This document shows positions 28,366 through 32,000 of a DNA stretch of 32,000 nucleotides, piece after piece. Origin of the DNA: Vibrio vulnificus CMCP6 (GTDB lineage: Bacteria; Pseudomonadota; Gammaproteobacteria; Enterobacterales; Vibrionaceae); assembly GCF_000039765.1 (NCBI RefSeq), contig NC_004459.3, positions 330,001 through 362,000 of the forward strand. Direction: 5' to 3'. The notes beneath the pieces were generated by a model. That model saw only the letters and a program-made list of their open reading frames with translations. It was not told the DNA's origin and ran no database searches. Positions within the stretch are counted from its first letter, which is position 1; each line of letters opens with the position of its first letter. Made by a program: the position numbers and the translations under genes.

Positions 28366-28680
28366 TGTTTTAGTGTCTACTTTTGAACTTCAATGTGTAT
28401 AATTTAAAGTAAATCAAAGAGCAAATAAAGCTCTCATTTAAAAATAATCAGTAATCACCATGTAAATTATTTACAAAACCTGCGCTTGGTGAGCACATTC
28501 TATTTTAAGAATATAAATAACCACTCTTCAATTTATTTAGAAATAAAAAGAAAACACCTCCCCCTCATTTTTTTATAAAAATAGACCCGCACTGCATTAG
28601 TTACTTTCTTTAAACGAATAATACATATGCATTAACACTGCATGTTTAAGTAGAAAATATGCATACACGTAGAATGACTT

Positions 28681-28737
28681 TTCGTGCATCGCACTTTGAC
28701 TGCTTACATGTAGTGCGAACAAAGCACGATGCACGAA
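28681..28737. repeat. large imperfect inverted repeat in the AT-rich hns-mob spacer (candidate oriT hairpin)
   Basis: TTCGTGCATCG-CA-CTTTG (28681-28698) pairs with CAAAG-CA-CGATGCACGAA (28720-28737). The stem is 11 + 5 bp with a 2x2 internal loop and a 21-nt apical loop. Confidence 0.6.
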
Positions 28738-29002
28738 GACCATTTTTTATTAAAATAATATATTTTATAATGATATTTCAATGGACATTATAATACATAC
28801 AATCTTATAATATAAGTACATAGTTAGTAACAAGCGGATACTGCTCTTCCCCATTTGTTCCAAATGGCTCGTTTGTAGCTTTAGCCTCCCCTTCAGTCGG
28901 TTGCGCTAACATGCTTCGCAGTTATCGCTAAGTCGCACGCTGTTGCTTACTAGATAAATAAGATAATAAAAATAAAATAATAATAAAAAGAGAAATAATA
29001 AA

Positions 29003-29755
29003 ATGAACTTATCATTAAAAGAAGAATTAAATAACACAATAAGAGAAATAGTAATCGAAACTAAAAGAGAAAATAAAGATAAACTAAGAGCGCTTATTGA
29101 GAAAACAGATTACAGCTTAGAAGAATTACAAGTTGTTGTACCTTCCCTACTTCCGCAATTTTCAAGCACATCTAAAATTACGCTAAGTTCTCATGCGCGT
29201 TTTTGTAATTGCATTGTAAAAAGTATTTACGCTAAAAATAATGCAGATAGCTTTAACGATGATGTTGTTACTGAATCACTTCGCATCCTGGACGCTGTAG
29301 AAAACGGCTTTAAAGAAGAGCGTAAAAAAACTAAAGACTTATACAATATTGCATTAAAAACACACATAACTGTAGAGCAGTACAAACGTTTCATAACCAG
29401 CAAGAAAAGTCACAACTATCGCTCTAACGCTGCTTTTCTTAGAGATGTAGCCTTGAACCAAGTCGAACCACGTCCGAACAATGACGAAGATTATTTGAAG
29501 TACTTTAAAGAAACCAAAGAGCTATCAAAATCACTTCAGGTGCTTGCAGAAGACATTGAAGATGCTGACAGCGCTAAGATAGCTAAACTAAGCAAATGCA
29601 TTAAAGAACTTAAGGAAAGCATTGATACTACGCGCAAGCTAGCAATAGACTCTCATTCATCAGCAACAGCTAAAGTACTAGCTTTAAAATACTTATCTTC
29701 GCGTCAATTGGATGAGCTATGCAAACAAAAGATACTAGAAGAAGCTGAATTATAA
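29003..29755 (+). CDS. hypothetical coiled-coil protein with a MobC/RHH-like segment (putative relaxosome accessory protein)
   Basis: 250 aa. The segment IALKTHITVEQYKRFITSKKSHNYRSNAAFLRDVALNQ (aa 116-153) has a ribbon-helix-helix / MobC-like pattern. The gene lies immediately upstream of the relaxase gene. Confidence 0.4.
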   Translation: MNLSLKEELNNTIREIVIETKRENKDKLRALIEKTDYSLEELQVVVPSLLPQFSSTSKITLSSHARFCNCIVKSIYAKNNADSFNDDVVTESLRILDAVENGFKEERKKTKDLYNIALKTHITVEQYKRFITSKKSHNYRSNAAFLRDVALNQVEPRPNNDEDYLKYFKETKELSKSLQVLAEDIEDADSAKIAKLSKCIKELKESIDTTRKLAIDSHSSATAKVLALKYLSSRQLDELCKQKILEEAEL

Positions 29756-29765
29756 AGCCTGAATT

Positions 29766-29787
29766 CCCTCCTTAAATATAAGGAGGG
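29766..29787 (+). terminator. stem-loop between the MobC-like and relaxase genes
   Basis: CCCTCCTT-AAATAT-AAGGAGGG forms an 8-bp perfect stem. The U-tract is weak, so it may only attenuate. Confidence 0.4.
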
Positions 29788-29842
29788 CTTATCTACATTA
29801 CTTATTACTTTCTCACTCACAATAATAATAAAGAGACAATAG

Positions 29843-31348
29843 ATGGTATTTACAGAATTAGAATGCACAAGAAGTCAACAGACAGCCAGGGACGCACAGA
29901 ACCTTATAGAGTACGGCGCTAAACAAAAAGATGCAGATAACCTCGTAAAATACGGTGCAGGTAAAACAAAACATGCTCCAGCATCAGAAGGTCACTCATT
30001 CTTCATCTGCGCTAACGAAATAGAGTCCATCCCAGTCAGCATGGGCGAACTGGCTACTGGCGCTGACTGGCACGATGCTATCACTGAGCTTCAAAGCTCA
30101 TACAGACATAATCCACACGTCAAACACCCCTTCCGACATTTCGTCATCTCTATAGACGAAGGAGAGCGACTTACAGACAAGCAATGGCGTAGAACAGTTA
30201 GAAAGACTATGAATCGTCTTGGTTACAAAAACGCACGCTACATCGCATTTAGACACGAAGATACTGATTCTCAGCACGTACACATAACAGTATCAACACA
30301 AGACTTGGAAACAAACAAAGTCATCAGCAACTGGATGTCTGTTGAAGCTGCACAAGAAATCATGCGCGAACAAGAAAAAGAGTTTGGATTAAGACAGCTA
30401 GAAAACTCATCAGAGATATTAGCTAAAGGCGAAGCAGTCGTTTCGGACAAGTACTCTCACTCAGTCAAGTTAATGATGAGACGGCTAATCGGATCAAGTA
30501 TTAAAGAGCTACCGATGCTAGTGCAAGCCAGGGCAAATAATCTAACAAAACTAGGTGTAAATGATGAGCACACTAGTAAAGCGAGCTTGGCTCTTTATCA
30601 AATAGCACTGCTAAGGAACGGCGTTGAGATAATACTTAAAGAAGACAGAAACAACGAAAAATTTATCGGTCTTGTTTACAAATACAATGACTTCATCATA
30701 CCCGCCTCAAAACTCAGGAGCGGTAACAAATTCACGCTCGGCGGTTTAATCAAATCTGGTGTTCTAGCAAGTGATGCAAACATGATAAGTAGTTATGACG
30801 AGTCACAAGTTGAAAATTACGAAATTAGAGAAATGTTTGAATCGCAGAAAGATTTTGCAGAGCAAAGATTTGAAACAGTAAGAAAAGACGCTGAAGCACA
30901 TGCTGATAAAGTAAAGAAGCAAGCTGAAGAGTGGGATAAGCACATGTTTAACTGCTTCATTATCTCGTGTAGAAAGCAGCACCAAAAAGCGATGGAAGAT
31001 GCTATCGACTTTTGGCTCTATCATGGCAAGCGCATCAACAAACGCGACAAAGCTTTCGTTCACGCAATTTACGAACAAGAAAAAGGCATTTACTCAGCAT
31101 CTAAGACGCTAAGTAAATTCTTCTATCACCTGCTTCTAATCTTGTTCGAACTGAACAAGAAAAATCACTGGGAATTGAAAATCACCCCTGTCGCGACACA
31201 TGAAGATCAAGAGCTAGCAATTAACCAAGCTATTGAAAACATAGAAAAAGCGTATGAAAACGAAGGTATCTTTGCTGACAATAAAAAGCAGAATAGAAGA
31301 CATAACACTAGGAATAAATCAAAAGATATCGCTGAAAACACATATTAA
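29843..31348 (+). CDS. relaxase / mobilisation nuclease (MobA/VirD2 family, PF03432-like N-terminal domain) with an unknown ~330-aa C-terminal region
   Basis: Histidine triad AFRHEDTDSQHVHITVS (H138, H145, H147; HxDx(n)HxH). Preceding FRHFVISIDEGERLTDKQW block. Candidate catalytic Tyr in NLIEYGAK / NLVKYGAGK near the N-terminus. Confidence 0.8.
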   Translation: MVFTELECTRSQQTARDAQNLIEYGAKQKDADNLVKYGAGKTKHAPASEGHSFFICANEIESIPVSMGELATGADWHDAITELQSSYRHNPHVKHPFRHFVISIDEGERLTDKQWRRTVRKTMNRLGYKNARYIAFRHEDTDSQHVHITVSTQDLETNKVISNWMSVEAAQEIMREQEKEFGLRQLENSSEILAKGEAVVSDKYSHSVKLMMRRLIGSSIKELPMLVQARANNLTKLGVNDEHTSKASLALYQIALLRNGVEIILKEDRNNEKFIGLVYKYNDFIIPASKLRSGNKFTLGGLIKSGVLASDANMISSYDESQVENYEIREMFESQKDFAEQRFETVRKDAEAHADKVKKQAEEWDKHMFNCFIISCRKQHQKAMEDAIDFWLYHGKRINKRDKAFVHAIYEQEKGIYSASKTLSKFFYHLLLILFELNKKNHWELKITPVATHEDQELAINQAIENIEKAYENEGIFADNKKQNRRHNTRNKSKDIAENTY

Positions 31349-31351
31349 TTT

Positions 31352-31379
31352 AAAAAAAGAGGGCTGAAGCTCTCTTTTT
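31352..31379 (+). terminator. rho-independent terminator of the relaxase gene
   Basis: AAAAAAAGAGGGC-TGAA-GCTCTCTTTTT. The stem has one G-U pair. Confidence 0.7.
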
Positions 31380-31535
31380 ATTTTAATAATACAAACAACA
31401 AATAGCTTATTATTTAAAACCACCAAGCTAAATAGTAATTTTAATATAAATACTTGCATTATAATTGATATTATAAATTTAAATGCTACAATTAAAACAC
31501 AATAATAATAAATATAATATTAAAGAGATAATAAT

Positions 31536-32000
31536 ATGAGCATTTTTAAAAAAATAAATAATGAGTTAACTTATAACGTTACAGTCACACCTAAACAAAA
31601 GAAATCTCCCCTTCCTCGATTTCAGAAAAACAAAAGCGGCAAGATGCTTTACATCATTGTCCGAGACCCTGAGTCGACAAACTCAAGTGGCAACGCAACG
31701 CATGTAACATTAATAAAGCTACCAATAACAGCTCCTGCATGTCCTCGCTCAATAAAAGACTTAATTGCAAAGTTCGGTACTGAAGAAGCTAAATCTGGAA
31801 AGTACGAAATCACGGAGCACAACTTTGAAGAAATCATGTCTCACTTTAAACCAGCTAATGCGCTATACAAGAAGTACAGAAAAGAAGAACTGCATGAAAA
31901 GCAAAGTGTTGTTATCAATGAAGATAAACACTCTCTTTGTGCAATAGCTGCGAAACTGCATGAAGCTGTAGAGATGTTTGACGAGCTAGAAAGTGAGGAT
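31536..32000 (+). CDS. hypothetical protein, 5' part (ORF open to the window end, so absent from the ORF track)
   Basis: ATG at 31536 follows AAAGAGATAATAAT. 155 codons run without a stop: MSIFKKINNELTYNVTVTPKQKKSPLPRFQKNKSGKMLYIIVRDPESTNSSGNATHVTLIKLP...HEAVEMFDELESED. No motif recognised. Confidence 0.55.
   Translation, partial: MSIFKKINNELTYNVTVTPKQKKSPLPRFQKNKSGKMLYIIVRDPESTNSSGNATHVTLIKLPITAPACPRSIKDLIAKFGTEEAKSGKYEITEHNFEEIMSHFKPANALYKKYRKEELHEKQSVVINEDKHSLCAIAAKLHEAVEMFDELESED

Larger units (their letters stand above)
25498..32000 (+). mobile_element. integrative mobilizable element / genomic island inserted at the 3' end of ssrA (left end; right end beyond window)
   Basis: Begins directly after the tmRNA CCA end. 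Encodes a P4-type integrase, an AlpA-like protein, an H-NS-like protein, a MobC/RHH-like protein and a MobA/VirD2-type relaxase. Composition shifts abruptly to AT-rich, especially in intergenic DNA. tmRNA genes are classical island integration sites. Confidence 0.8.

Noticed and set aside
28659-28793. 44-codon ORF (MHTRRMTFRASHFDCLHVVRTKHDARRPFFIKIIYFIMIFQWTL) in the hns-mob spacer.
   Set aside because: It has no RBS. It runs straight through the large inverted repeat and AT-rich promoter-like DNA. Its amino-acid composition looks like translated regulatory DNA.
28960-29002. Runs of AATAA/ATAATAA low-complexity sequence here, at 29818-29835 and at 31498-31535, considered as possible CRISPR-like or satellite repeats.
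   Set aside because: There is no repeat-spacer periodicity, and the units are only 3-6 nt of A/T. The one reproducible feature, the shared 15-mer in front of genes, is reported separately.

Overview
The window looks like a Vibrio-type chromosome-1 core region, judged from protein sequences and gene order. It is followed by a horizontally acquired element.

Nt 1 to ~25.5k is conserved housekeeping synteny, in this order:
- mltF (3' part), tadA, and a LysR regulator divergent from frmA-fghA (formaldehyde detoxification)
- an AbgT-family transporter
- a four-gene type IV minor-pilin operon with a divergent pilE-like gene
- dnaJ and dnaK, with two tandem sigma-32 promoters
- a Zur-box-controlled zinc cluster: His-rich outer-membrane barrel, ZnuA-like binding protein, ZnuB-like permease and a divergent His-rich lipoprotein, with no ATPase
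- a DAACS transporter, grpE, nadK, recN (twin SOS boxes), bamE, rnfH, ratA, smpB and ssrA (tmRNA)

From ~25.5k to the end of the window, a visibly AT-rich island sits directly on the 3' end of the tmRNA gene. It carries:
- a P4-type tyrosine integrase
- three 33-bp-phased direct repeats
- an AlpA-like regulator and an H-NS-like protein
- a 637-bp AT-rich spacer with a strong inverted repeat (candidate oriT)
- a MobC/RHH-like protein and a MobA/VirD2-type relaxase
- an unknown ORF that runs off the window

This architecture fits an integrative mobilizable element. Its right end and cargo are not visible here.

Two conserved genes, grpE and the His-rich lipoprotein, are interrupted by single-base frameshifts at or near A4/T4 runs. 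This could be assembly error, so exact ORF ends elsewhere deserve caution.

I saw no rRNA, tRNA, CRISPR array or IS element.
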